In this document: positions 19,185-28,998 of the stretch, one piece after another
Position numbering within the stretch: the stretch's first letter is position 1
Layout of the letters: the number at the start of each line of letters is the position of its first letter
Source of the DNA: Candidatus Hadarchaeota archaeon
GTDB lineage: Archaea > CAYQAE01 > CAYVLA01
Assembly: GCA_964621445.1 (NCBI GenBank)
Contig: CAZUNO010000015.1
Span: forward strand, 1 to 64,000
Direction of reading: 5' to 3'
DNA: 64,000 bases
The notes under the pieces: model-generated
What the model was told of the DNA's origin: nothing
The model's input: only the letters and a program-made list of their open reading frames with translations
Database searches by the model: none
Translations under genes and position numbers: made by a program

Positions 19185-20489
19185 ATGGAACCCTCACAAA
19201 GCGGTGGCTTTTTGGATGGTAATGACTGGCTCCTGGAAATGATCCGGGCAGAGATCGTGCAGAGAAGGCAGGAGGGGTGCCGGGTTACCGGCATCGAGGA
19301 GGAGATCGGGGACGACACTTCAATCCAACGGTTAAGAGAAACCTGGAACCGGCTTCAAGGTATGGAACCCACACCGGACTTTCCCTACCTGGAACCATCG
19401 GACATGGAGTCTATAGTGGAGGAGACCGGGCATCCGACCAGGGATTTACCGATCAAGTGGGATGAGCTTAAGGATAGGATACATGCTGCCTGGCTGGGCC
19501 GCTGTGTTGGGTGCCTCCTGGGAAAACCGGTGGAGGGATGGAACAAGCGAGAGATCGAGGAATATCTAAGGAGCCAGGGCTCCTATCCCCTTGAGGATTA
19601 CATCCCTCCCGCCGAAGGCCCGGGGCGAGCGAGCCCTCCGGAAGCATTAAGGGGAAATATCCATGGCATGCCACGCGATGACGACACCGACTACACGATC
19701 CTCGGGTTGCACATGGTGGAGAGACACGGTTTGGGGATAACCAGCCAGCAGATAGGTGAGGAATGGCTACAGAACCTGCCCTACAGATCGGTTTACACCG
19801 CGGAGAGGGCCGCATATAGGAACCTCGTCAACGGCCTGTCCGTCCCCGAAACCGCCACCCATTACAATCCGTACCGGGAGTGGATAGGCGCCCAGATCAG
19901 GGCGGATATCTGGGGCTATGTTAATCCGGGTAATCCGGAGGCCGCCGCGGAAGCTGCCCATGAGGATGCCAGACTGAGCCACGTCAAGAACGGTGTCTAC
20001 GGCGAGATGATGGTGGCTTCCATGATAGCGGCATCTTTTTCTCTGGACGATCCCTTGGAGGTGATCAGAGCGGGCCTGGATTTTATTCCTCGGAACAGCA
20101 GGCTTAGCGAAGCGGTTAGGAGAGTCCTATCCTGGTCGGCTGAAAATGATGACTGGAGGGACTGTTGGTCCCTGATAGAGACCCGATACGGCCATTACCA
20201 TCCCGTACATACCATAAACAACGCCCTAAACGTGGTTTGCTCCCTGCTCTACGGGAGGGACAGCTTCCAGAGGACTGTGGGCATCGCGGTGATGTGCGGC
20301 TGGGATACCGACTGTAACGGGGCAACCTCGGGATCCATATACGGGGCAATGAATGGCCTCTCGGGGATAACCGATCGCTGGCTATCCCCTCTGGGGGACA
20401 GGGTCAGGAGCCACGTGAGGGGTTTTCAGGAATCCAGGATATCTGAGCTAGCGGAAAGAACCTACGCCCTGGTGGAGGAACCGGGATGA
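19185..20489 (+). CDS. ADP-ribosylglycohydrolase family protein
   Basis: LGKPVEG, RDDDTDYT, IGAQIRAD and GWDTDCNGATSG motifs. Confidence 0.9.
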   Translation: MEPSQSGGFLDGNDWLLEMIRAEIVQRRQEGCRVTGIEEEIGDDTSIQRLRETWNRLQGMEPTPDFPYLEPSDMESIVEETGHPTRDLPIKWDELKDRIHAAWLGRCVGCLLGKPVEGWNKREIEEYLRSQGSYPLEDYIPPAEGPGRASPPEALRGNIHGMPRDDDTDYTILGLHMVERHGLGITSQQIGEEWLQNLPYRSVYTAERAAYRNLVNGLSVPETATHYNPYREWIGAQIRADIWGYVNPGNPEAAAEAAHEDARLSHVKNGVYGEMMVASMIAASFSLDDPLEVIRAGLDFIPRNSRLSEAVRRVLSWSAENDDWRDCWSLIETRYGHYHPVHTINNALNVVCSLLYGRDSFQRTVGIAVMCGWDTDCNGATSGSIYGAMNGLSGITDRWLSPLGDRVRSHVRGFQESRISELAERTYALVEEPG

Positions 20490-21877
20490 TCCCAACCAGT
20501 TCCGGGCTGAAAGCCATGGTCCTGTTTTGCCTGCTGGCAATTCCCCTCAACGCTATTTCGGCCGATTCATCAGAAATCAATTATCCCGTCCAAGGCATGA
20601 TCTGTCTAGCTCCCCAGTTCGATCCCTCGACCTATGAGACACGTGTCAAGGATATGCTGGATCTGGGTGTGGGCACCATAAACTCGTTCCACGGGACTCC
20701 GGAAAATAACCACCTGTTCCTGGAGGAGACGGACAGTGGCGGGGTCCATTTCATACCCTCCATACACCTCATCTGCTGGATCAGGTTCGGTGATCCCCCA
20801 TACCCGGATTCCGGCCCTCTTGGATGGGAAAACATCCTTAGCTGGCTCAAGCTCTACGGGTACAGGGAGCCGAATCTTCCAAAACCCTTCGACCAGGGCC
20901 CGGATGGCGGGAATCCCTTAAACGATATTGAGCTGCGAGAACAGGTGGAACTGGTCCTGGAAAAAATCGGTGACCGCGGTATTCACCCATCCCTGCTTGC
21001 CTACTATGCCTTCGACGAGCCCTCCAGCAATGCTCCCGGTACCATGGACAGGATTGCTAGGCTGCATTCCGCCCTTTCCGAATTCGAGAACGCACCTCTT
21101 CCAACTGGAATATTCCTATGGAACGATGACGGCCAGAGGGCAGTAAGGGAGTACATGGAGGCCCTGGACCGGGAGGCCCCGGGACTTAAGCCCGGCTTTT
21201 TAATGTACGACTGCTACCTTCTCAGATACAGGGTGGGGTCCGGGTTTAACGATTACCGCTACCGGGCCCGGCAGTGGGTTGAGATAGGGAGAGAGTACGA
21301 CCTCCCAGTGGTGGTCGTGCCCCAGGGCTTCCAGGTAAACGATAGGCCGGCCGCCAACGAGCTCAGGGCCCAGGTATACATAGCCATGGCAGAGGGCTGT
21401 AAAGGCATCTCCTGGTTCAGACTTGAGACCCTGGAGCTCATGGAGGACTGGGCCCTGGACGAGATCAGGGAGATCAACGCGGATATGAAGATAATATCAC
21501 CGCTGATAGCCGAACTAGAGAAGGTCGCAAATCTGGCCCAAACCTCGGATGGCTTTGCTAATACCTTCAGACACCGGAATGGGACCCTGTTCGTGTTCCT
21601 GGCCAGCACCGACGTGTTATCGCCACATAACGCCAGCGTATCCCTGGGCCTCTCAACGTTAAACATGTCGGTAAAATCGGTAATAGACTGTCATTCGGGT
21701 GAGGTGATCCCCATCAGCGACTCTCAGGGCCAGGCCAACTTTTCCCATAAATTGGAGCCCGGTGGAGGCCGCCTGTTCATGATCGAGACCAGGCCCCAAC
21801 CCGTAGGCGAGCTGCTCTTGCTCCGTATGCTTTTCATACCTCTCCTGCTTCATTCGCTTCGATTCTCGAGCTCCTAG
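20486..21877 (+). CDS. Secreted glycoside-hydrolase-like (TIM-barrel) protein with C-terminal membrane tail
   Basis: Signal peptide; AYYAFDEP, YDCY and ELRAQVYIAMAEGCKGISWF motifs; C-terminal PVGELLLL... tail. Confidence 0.6.
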   Translation: MIPTSSGLKAMVLFCLLAIPLNAISADSSEINYPVQGMICLAPQFDPSTYETRVKDMLDLGVGTINSFHGTPENNHLFLEETDSGGVHFIPSIHLICWIRFGDPPYPDSGPLGWENILSWLKLYGYREPNLPKPFDQGPDGGNPLNDIELREQVELVLEKIGDRGIHPSLLAYYAFDEPSSNAPGTMDRIARLHSALSEFENAPLPTGIFLWNDDGQRAVREYMEALDREAPGLKPGFLMYDCYLLRYRVGSGFNDYRYRARQWVEIGREYDLPVVVVPQGFQVNDRPAANELRAQVYIAMAEGCKGISWFRLETLELMEDWALDEIREINADMKIISPLIAELEKVANLAQTSDGFANTFRHRNGTLFVFLASTDVLSPHNASVSLGLSTLNMSVKSVIDCHSGEVIPISDSQGQANFSHKLEPGGGRLFMIETRPQPVGELLLLRMLFIPLLLHSLRFSSS

Positions 21878-23820
21878 GACCAGCCGAGGAGCATGAGCAC
21901 CCGATATAATATCCCCCCGGTGACGGTGGCAAATATTATCTCGAATGCGGTGACATAGGCCGCGTCCCTCCACCCGAACTCCCGGGCCATGGCGGCTATG
22001 GTGGCGATGCAGGGGATGTAGAGCATTACCACGTAGGCGAAGACGTACATCTGGGCCGGGGTTAGCACCGTGTTGAACTGGGTGGTCCCTAGCAGGGTGG
22101 CCAGCATGAGTATGGTCAGCTCCTTGCGCAGAATGCCCACCACCAGCAGGACCCCAATAATTGCCGGGAGGCCCAGCAGACCTACGGTGACCGGGGCCAA
22201 CAGATCCGACATTATCTGGAGCACGCCTCCGACCTCCATGGCCTTGATCAACACCCCGGCACCAACGATCACCGGAAAGGCCATCTTGACGAAGCTGCTG
22301 AGCCGGAACCAGGTTTGCTTGAGAACGATATTGGGGGATGGCTTCCTGTAGGAGGGCATCTCCATTATCAAACCTATGGCCTCCCCGGGAAGGGTCCTGT
22401 AGGCCAACCTTCCCAGCGCGAAAACTATGATCAGGTCTATGACGTAAAGTGATAGCGCATAGAGGGGTCCCAGATATTTCCCCACCAGGGCAAGGATGAC
22501 TATGGTCCTGGCGGCGCAGGGCACCAGGGTGGCAGCAAAGGCCGCTATAAGCCGTTCCCTCCGGGTTTCCATTATCCTGCAACCAAGAACCGCGGGAACG
22601 CTACACCCGTAGCCTAGCAGCATGGGGATAAAGGCCTTCCCGTGAAGACCCATCCTGTGCATTGCCGAGTCCATGAGAAAGGCGATCCGGGCCAGGTATC
22701 CAGAATCCTCCAGGACGGAGAGAATGAGGTAGAAGGGCAGTATATAGGGCAGGGCGATGGTAATTCCGGCGAAAACTCCCTCGATCAAACCCTCCTGGAT
22801 TATGACCCCGAGGGGACCGGTTCCCAGGATATCCTGGAGTATGGGCCTTATTATACCCAGGGCCGAGTCGAGAACGCCCGAGAACCAGTCCCCAAGCGTG
22901 AAAATGGACAGGAAAACCCCCAGGGTTATGAGGAGCATGATAACATATCCCCAAATCCCGTGTGTGGTGAGGGCATCCAGCTTACTGGAAAGGGTTCGCC
23001 TGGGTCCATGGATAAACTCCTGACAGGTAGAGGATATCCGGTTGGCCAGGGCGTAACGCTCCGAGGTAATCACGGTGCTCGCCGGCTCACCGTGTATTGA
23101 TTCCAGCTCCGAACGCAGGGAGTCCGCCTGGTCCAGTATCTCCTGGTGGGAGATCATGTCAAGTACCTTCTCGTCGCTCTCCAGGAGCTTGATGGCGATC
23201 CACCTGGTTGGGTATGGCCAGGGTCCCTTTTCCTCCAGGAGCTGGCTTAACTGGGAAATCCTTGATTCTATCTCCGGCCCGTATTCTAGCCTCTTGGACT
23301 TTCCTCCCCCTTCAGATTCGCCGACCGCTATGGCCTCCCTGAGCATCTCGGTCAGCCCGGTTCTCTTGGTGGCAACCGTGGAGACCACCGGTATGCCCAG
23401 TTCTCTGGACAGCTTCTCGGTGTCGATCCTTACCCCCCTCTTTTCGGCCTCGTCGTACATGTTTAGGGCTATTACCAGGGGTGCCTCCAGTTCCATGAGC
23501 TGGATGGTGAAGAACAGGTTTCTCTCCAGGACGGTGGAGTCCAGGACGTTGATCACCACGTCGGGCTCCTCCTGGGCGATGTACTGGCGGGAGACTATCT
23601 CCTCCTCCGAGAATGTCGATAGGGAGTATATTCCCGGCAGGTCGATGATCTTGAGGTTCCTGTCCTCGAAGAACAGGGTGCCCTCCGCCCTCTCAACGGT
23701 CTTCCCGGGCCAGTTTCCTATTACCTGGCTTAGACCGGTGAGCTGATTAAAAATTACGCTTTTCCCCACATTGGCATTTCCGGCCAGGGCCATGCGGAGG
23801 TCCGGTCCTTCATCATCCAC
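21874..23820 (-). CDS. feoB: Ferrous iron transport protein B
   Basis: GNANVGKS, GNWPGKTVE, DLPGIYSL, LEDSGYLARIAF, GYGCSVPA and YIPCIATI motifs; GTG start at 23820 likely. Confidence 0.97.
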   Translation of the reverse strand: MDDEGPDLRMALAGNANVGKSVIFNQLTGLSQVIGNWPGKTVERAEGTLFFEDRNLKIIDLPGIYSLSTFSEEEIVSRQYIAQEEPDVVINVLDSTVLERNLFFTIQLMELEAPLVIALNMYDEAEKRGVRIDTEKLSRELGIPVVSTVATKRTGLTEMLREAIAVGESEGGGKSKRLEYGPEIESRISQLSQLLEEKGPWPYPTRWIAIKLLESDEKVLDMISHQEILDQADSLRSELESIHGEPASTVITSERYALANRISSTCQEFIHGPRRTLSSKLDALTTHGIWGYVIMLLITLGVFLSIFTLGDWFSGVLDSALGIIRPILQDILGTGPLGVIIQEGLIEGVFAGITIALPYILPFYLILSVLEDSGYLARIAFLMDSAMHRMGLHGKAFIPMLLGYGCSVPAVLGCRIMETRRERLIAAFAATLVPCAARTIVILALVGKYLGPLYALSLYVIDLIIVFALGRLAYRTLPGEAIGLIMEMPSYRKPSPNIVLKQTWFRLSSFVKMAFPVIVGAGVLIKAMEVGGVLQIMSDLLAPVTVGLLGLPAIIGVLLVVGILRKELTILMLATLLGTTQFNTVLTPAQMYVFAYVVMLYIPCIATIAAMAREFGWRDAAYVTAFEIIFATVTGGILYRVLMLLGWS

Positions 23821-24529
23821 CTGTCTCCACCTCAACAAACACCCTGGAGGCGATGCCGAATCCTATGGCCAGCCTCGACCCCCTGAGTTCTACGTTTACC
23901 GGACCACTAAGAGGAGCCGACCTTATCATCTTGACGCTGGTTCCGGGGGTTAGCCCCATGTCGGATAATCTTCTTACTGCTCCTCTTCCCGCCCGGATGA
24001 ACGCTATCTTGGCGGATTCTCCTGGTTCAAGTGAGGTAAGAGGCTTTATGGGCATATCTCTTTTCTCCTTCCTTGGTTCCTGGGCCGCTATGCACTCGAC
24101 ACAGCTGGAATAGGGGCTGTCGCAGGGTGGTATGGGTTTGTTATCATCGGGGCAAAAATCCGGATGTTTAAGTATTTTGCACAGTGCTTGCTCTGCCTCA
24201 TCAGAGAGGTGGTGCTCAAGTTCGCAGGCCTCATCGTGAACCTTTTCCTTGTTCATGTTTAACATTGAGTAAAGGAAGGTTTCCAGAAGACGGTGCTTTC
24301 TGGTCATCTTTTCCCCCTTCTTCTCCCCGTCATCGGTGAGACGGGCCCCGTGGTAGGGTTTGTATTCAACGCAAGCTCGCCTTGCCAGTTTTTTCAGCAT
24401 CTGGGTAGCGCTCGCGGGGGAAACGTTTAGTGACTTGGCCAGATCGGTGGTCCTCACCGGACGGCCGTTACGGGTAAGTTTGTATAGCGCCTCGAGGTAT
24501 TCCTCGGGTCCTTCATCCATAACTAACAT
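23813..24529 (-). CDS. DtxR/IdeR family metal-dependent regulator with C-terminal FeoA domain
   Basis: EEYLEALYKL, HRLLETFL and EACELEH motifs; Cys-rich linker; RRLSDMGLTPG...GPVNVELRGSRLAIG FeoA domain. Confidence 0.93.
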   Translation of the reverse strand: MLVMDEGPEEYLEALYKLTRNGRPVRTTDLAKSLNVSPASATQMLKKLARRACVEYKPYHGARLTDDGEKKGEKMTRKHRLLETFLYSMLNMNKEKVHDEACELEHHLSDEAEQALCKILKHPDFCPDDNKPIPPCDSPYSSCVECIAAQEPRKEKRDMPIKPLTSLEPGESAKIAFIRAGRGAVRRLSDMGLTPGTSVKMIRSAPLSGPVNVELRGSRLAIGFGIASRVFVEVETGG

Positions 24530-24531
24530 TG

Positions 24532-24545
24532 TTAGGCTCGCCTAA
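24532..24545. promoter_or_regulatory. DtxR-type operator palindrome TTAGGC-TC-GCCTAA
   Basis: Perfect 6-bp inverted repeat matching TTAGG-N4-CCTAA, between a TATA-like TTAAAT (minus strand, ~24546-24551) and the regulator start codon. Confidence 0.8.
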
Positions 24546-24644
24546 ATTTAAGTCTTTCGCATATCCCGATTCGAATTCCAGATAATCCTATAATGGCCGG
24601 ACGGGGGGCAAGACTTTTCTATTGAAAACACGGAAAGAGTAACG

Positions 24645-25898
24645 TTGAAATGCGGAAATTCTGGCCAAATGGTCATCCTGATCCTGCTTTCGGTTCTAAT
24701 CTCCCTGTCCATGTCCTCGGCCAAAGTGGACCCGGCGACCATGAAGATCAGGATAATATGCATAGGGGAGTCCTATGTCCCCGAGACCCGGCTACCAATC
24801 CTCCTTAAGGCCGATCCTAGGATAGCCTACCAGGCAATACCCGCTAACTGGGCCGAATCCACCTTCCAGGTGATTGGAGGGGCGAGCAGAAAGGACGCCC
24901 TCAAGTTCATACGTCAGTACATGCCCCGGAGCTATGGCTTATTCGTGGAGAACTATGACATTATACTGCTATCGGATTTCGAGGTTGACGTGATTACCGA
25001 GCAGCAGTTCATGTGGATGGAGAGGGGGGTGAGGGAAGGAGGCATGGGCCTGGGCAAGTACGAGATGAACTATGACCCCGGGCATTTCTCCACTTTCGAC
25101 CGCTTCCGGGCATCGGCGGTGTACAAGGCGGTCCCGGCCGACCTGAAGAGCGGGTCCCTCATGAGGAGGCCGCTGGAGGGTATATACGCGGTGAAGATGC
25201 CGGACACGGGGGAGCCCCATCCCATGCTGGACCTACCGGAGATGAGGCGCTACAGGCTTCTCGGTTCGGGCGATTACGGATACGAGACACCCCGGACGGG
25301 AGCTACCGTGGTGGCCCGTTTCAAACCTAACGACCAGGACGCCATGATTATCTGGGATTACGGCGATGGGCGTTCCCTTACCTGCGTACCTGGCCTGGAC
25401 AAGATAAGCGGGGCGGCAATCACAGACTGGCCCTTCGTGGTCGACTTCTGGATCAACCAGATGTGGTACCTGGCCGACCTAGCTATTCCCGATGACATAC
25501 AGATGGTCCACACCCTCAGGTCGGATTCCCTGACCTACGTAAACGAGAGGAGCCTGGCCACCTCGGTCATCCAGTTCGTGGAGAAGTTCGGGGCCTCGAC
25601 CGATAAGCTCTACGGCACCCTGGACGAGGTGGATGAGATAAAGGCCGAGTCCGATATGCTTTACATGGAGGGGAGGTATGAGGACAGTCTACAGAAGCTC
25701 GAGGAGGCCTATGCTGCCCTTGGCGATCTTTCCCGGCAGTCGGTAGAGGTCAAGGAGAGGGCCCTATTCTGGATCTACACCATCGAGTGGCTGGCGGTGA
25801 GCGGCACGGCCATCCTTACCGGGGTTATCGTTTGGAGCCTGATGGTGAGAAGACGCCTCTACCACGAGGTGGAGATCACCAAAGCCGAGGAGAGTTGA
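24645..25898 (+). CDS. Membrane-anchored GATase1-like paralogue P2
   Basis: Signal peptide; QYMPRSY..YDIILLSD, KFGAST and ALFWIYTIEW...LMVRRRLY motifs. Confidence 0.85.
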   Translation: MKCGNSGQMVILILLSVLISLSMSSAKVDPATMKIRIICIGESYVPETRLPILLKADPRIAYQAIPANWAESTFQVIGGASRKDALKFIRQYMPRSYGLFVENYDIILLSDFEVDVITEQQFMWMERGVREGGMGLGKYEMNYDPGHFSTFDRFRASAVYKAVPADLKSGSLMRRPLEGIYAVKMPDTGEPHPMLDLPEMRRYRLLGSGDYGYETPRTGATVVARFKPNDQDAMIIWDYGDGRSLTCVPGLDKISGAAITDWPFVVDFWINQMWYLADLAIPDDIQMVHTLRSDSLTYVNERSLATSVIQFVEKFGASTDKLYGTLDEVDEIKAESDMLYMEGRYEDSLQKLEEAYAALGDLSRQSVEVKERALFWIYTIEWLAVSGTAILTGVIVWSLMVRRRLYHEVEITKAEES

Positions 25899-26292
25899 AT
25901 CCCCGGGAGGGCATACGTATTATCAAACGCATGGGAAAATACCCTGATTCATAATCTACGAGTGACAGTTGCAGTGATAAAGTAGCGACTATGTTGGGAA
26001 TAACTATAGTAGCACATTAGCCCTATACAGATAGCACATCTTAGGAAAAAGCCTAATCCTGTAATTACAGCTTAATTCTAATTTTTTTACAGGAACAATT
26101 ACTGGCAAAAGTTAATGCTCTATACCTTTCTTTGGATAATCAAATTGTGGTAAGAGAGAAAATAGGAATATTGGAACTTGAATTAATTTCATGAAAGCAT
26201 ATGATTACAAATTTTAGTAGAGCAAAATTGATAAGTGCTAATAGTTCGCCAACACTACTTTAGTTCCTGAATTCCCTGACTATCAACCATTA

Positions 26293-27594
26293 ATGAGGCT
26301 AATCTCTTTGCCTGACGTAAAAATATCCTTCATCGGTGGTGCCAGTATGACTTGGATGCCGACATTTTCCCAGGAATTATTGGGCTGCCCTGAACTGTCT
26401 GGGAGCACAATAACGTTGATGGACACCGATGAAGAGCACCTCCAGGTAATGAAACGGTATATCAATCGGATGAAGCGGGAGCTTGGGGCAGATGTCACAA
26501 TTGGGACTACGGTGGATCGTGAGGATGCGCTATCCGATGCTGATTTTGTGGTAACTACATTCATGGCTGGAGGGCACGAATACTGGGCGATGGATTTGAA
26601 TATAGCCCTGAAGTATGGCCTGCAGACGCCAAAGGGCATGTCGGTGGGGCCTGGAGGACTTTTGCAGGGACTTAAAGCGATTCCTATGATAGTTGAGATA
26701 GGTCAGGAGATGGAATCTCTCTGCCCGGATGCCAAGCTAATTAACTACACGAATCCAATGTCGAGCATTATATTAGGGCTCCAACGTTATTCGAGCATTC
26801 CAAGCGTTGGCGTATGTCCAGGATTGGAACACGAAATGAGCCGTTACGCAGATATGCTGGAAGTACCGGAGCATGAGCTGCAAGTCCGTGCTGCTGGCGT
26901 CAACCACTGTGACTTCATTCTCGAGCTTCGCCATTTGGGTGAAGATGTTTTGCCTAAAATCATTGATATGTTGGCGAAGGACGAGCAGGAACCCATCAGC
27001 CGCTTGATCTATGAAATCTTCGGGGGCCTTCCTACACCTGGTGACATCCATATCATGGAGTTCTTCCCATACTTCATGCGACAAGGAACCGATCTGGAAC
27101 AGTGGGGTCAGACGCACAATTATGTTGAGAATCGAATAGCAAAACGAAGGTCTTTTTGGAGGTCGATCAAAGCCGCGGCCCAGGGGGAAGGAGAGTTCGT
27201 GACCAGCTATGAACCCCGGGAGAAACTCGACAAGCTAATATGCTCCTCGGTTCTAAACCAGAACAATGTTTTCCAGCTGAACCTTATGAATCGAGGATCC
27301 ATACCAAATGTGCTGAATGACGCTGTTATCGAGTTACCTACCGTAGTGGATCAATACGGATATCATCCTGTGCAATTCGGAAATCTGCCGACGGCCATCG
27401 CTGGCATCTGCAATACTTCTGCCACGGTACAGGACCTTACCGTTGAAGCTGCCATGAAAGGAGACCGCCAGCTGGCCCTACAGGCATTGCTTATGGATCC
27501 TCTGTGCTACTCGATGGAGATAGATGAAGCTGAATCAATGCTTGATGAAATGATAACTGCACAGAAAGTTTGGCTACCTCGTTTCTTTGAGTAG
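26293..27594 (+). CDS. Glycoside hydrolase family 4 (NAD-dependent alpha-galactosidase/glucosidase-like)
   Basis: KISFIGGAS, DADFVV, GPGG, LINYTNPMS, GVNH and ALQALLMDP motifs. Confidence 0.9.
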   Translation: MRLISLPDVKISFIGGASMTWMPTFSQELLGCPELSGSTITLMDTDEEHLQVMKRYINRMKRELGADVTIGTTVDREDALSDADFVVTTFMAGGHEYWAMDLNIALKYGLQTPKGMSVGPGGLLQGLKAIPMIVEIGQEMESLCPDAKLINYTNPMSSIILGLQRYSSIPSVGVCPGLEHEMSRYADMLEVPEHELQVRAAGVNHCDFILELRHLGEDVLPKIIDMLAKDEQEPISRLIYEIFGGLPTPGDIHIMEFFPYFMRQGTDLEQWGQTHNYVENRIAKRRSFWRSIKAAAQGEGEFVTSYEPREKLDKLICSSVLNQNNVFQLNLMNRGSIPNVLNDAVIELPTVVDQYGYHPVQFGNLPTAIAGICNTSATVQDLTVEAAMKGDRQLALQALLMDPLCYSMEIDEAESMLDEMITAQKVWLPRFFE

Positions 27595-27715
27595 CCTGAG
27601 CAACGGTCAGATGAAAAAAATGGTAAGTGTCCTTCCTCTAATCTAGAACTACAGGAAATGGGCTACCACAATTTATAAACACAACCTCATTTTCAATGCC
27701 TCCGGTTTTGATATC

Positions 27716-28921
27716 ATGTCCGAGCTGCTTTCATCAAGAGAAAGAATGCTAAAGGCTCTAGATTGCAGGGAGGCTGACCATGTTCCCCTGTCCTTTATGA
27801 TCTATACTGCTTTGAGGAAGCAGTGCAACGACGACTTTGAATTCGTGGATAGACAGCTCGAGATGGGGTTGGATGCTACAGTCCGACTAGAACTTTCCTC
27901 CTCGGATGATATACCTAATCACAGGGATCTTCCTGGTCTACCGATTCGCTATGATCCAGATGTGGAGGTCGACGAATGGGTTGAAGAAGGACCGGGACAA
28001 GGGCAACCAAACATTCTGCATAAGGAATACCACACGCCTGCGGGTGTATTGAGTACAGTTGTGAATCAAACCGAAGACTGGCCCTACGGGGATCATGTTC
28101 CACTTCTTGACGATTATCTGTGTCCTCGTTCTCAGAAGTACCTAGTAGAGAAGAAAGAGGATCTCGAGGCACTTCGCTATCTTTTGACATCGCCATCTGA
28201 GAAGGATATTGATGCATTCCAAAGAAAATCAGAAAAAGCCCTAGAGTTTGCTGATGATCGTGATCTTCTAGTTACAGGGGGACGTGGAGTTGGGATGGAT
28301 GCTTCTGCATGGTTATGCGGATTCCGAAATGTGGCAATCGCTGCTCTTCGCCGGCCCGATTTTGTGGAAAGCCTCGCAAAATTCTTGCATTCATGGAATC
28401 GCAAGAGGATGAGGGTTTTTCTGGACACGGGCGTCGACCTTTTCGTACGGCGTGGCTGGTACGAAGGCACAGATTTTTGGTCACCAAAGCTGTACCGCCG
28501 GTTCATATTTCCTTATCTTAAGAAGGAAATTGAGATGACTCACAGAGCAGGGGCGAAGTTTGGATATATAATGACCAGTGGGTCCATGCCACTCCTCGAG
28601 ATGTTTGTTGAAGCTGGATTGGATGTGTTGATCGGAATTGACCCTGTCCAGGGAAGAGGAACCGATCTATCCATGATGAAACGCAAACTTCGGGGAAAGA
28701 TCTGCCTATGGGGCGGGGTCAATGGTTTCATCACCATGGAGACGGGTAGTAGGAACGATGTTACCAGAGCGGTCATGAGAGCTGTAAAGATACTTGGACC
28801 ATCAGGGGGATTCATTCTTTCACCTGTGGACAATGTCCGGGATAATTCCCCTGCGACCAAGGAAAGGGTTCAAGCAATGATCGAGGAATGGAAGAGGATT
28901 AGAGAATATCCAATCAAGTAG
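27716..28921 (+). CDS. Uroporphyrinogen decarboxylase/MtaA family protein
   Basis: SSRERMLKAL..EADHVP, YHTPAG, SPKLYRRFIFP, ICLWGGVN and GGFILSP motifs. Confidence 0.85.
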   Translation: MSELLSSRERMLKALDCREADHVPLSFMIYTALRKQCNDDFEFVDRQLEMGLDATVRLELSSSDDIPNHRDLPGLPIRYDPDVEVDEWVEEGPGQGQPNILHKEYHTPAGVLSTVVNQTEDWPYGDHVPLLDDYLCPRSQKYLVEKKEDLEALRYLLTSPSEKDIDAFQRKSEKALEFADDRDLLVTGGRGVGMDASAWLCGFRNVAIAALRRPDFVESLAKFLHSWNRKRMRVFLDTGVDLFVRRGWYEGTDFWSPKLYRRFIFPYLKKEIEMTHRAGAKFGYIMTSGSMPLLEMFVEAGLDVLIGIDPVQGRGTDLSMMKRKLRGKICLWGGVNGFITMETGSRNDVTRAVMRAVKILGPSGGFILSPVDNVRDNSPATKERVQAMIEEWKRIREYPIK

Positions 28922-28998
28922 TCTATCCAATAAACTGATCTTACTCGGAGCACCTATAATTGGCGACAATTAGGTGATGAAGGGTAAAACGTACGTAT

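Noticed and set aside
25900-26290. AT-rich spacer with TAGCACAT twice
   Set aside because: An 8-mer duplication in AT-rich DNA is too weak to call an operator, and there is no ORF or clear structure.
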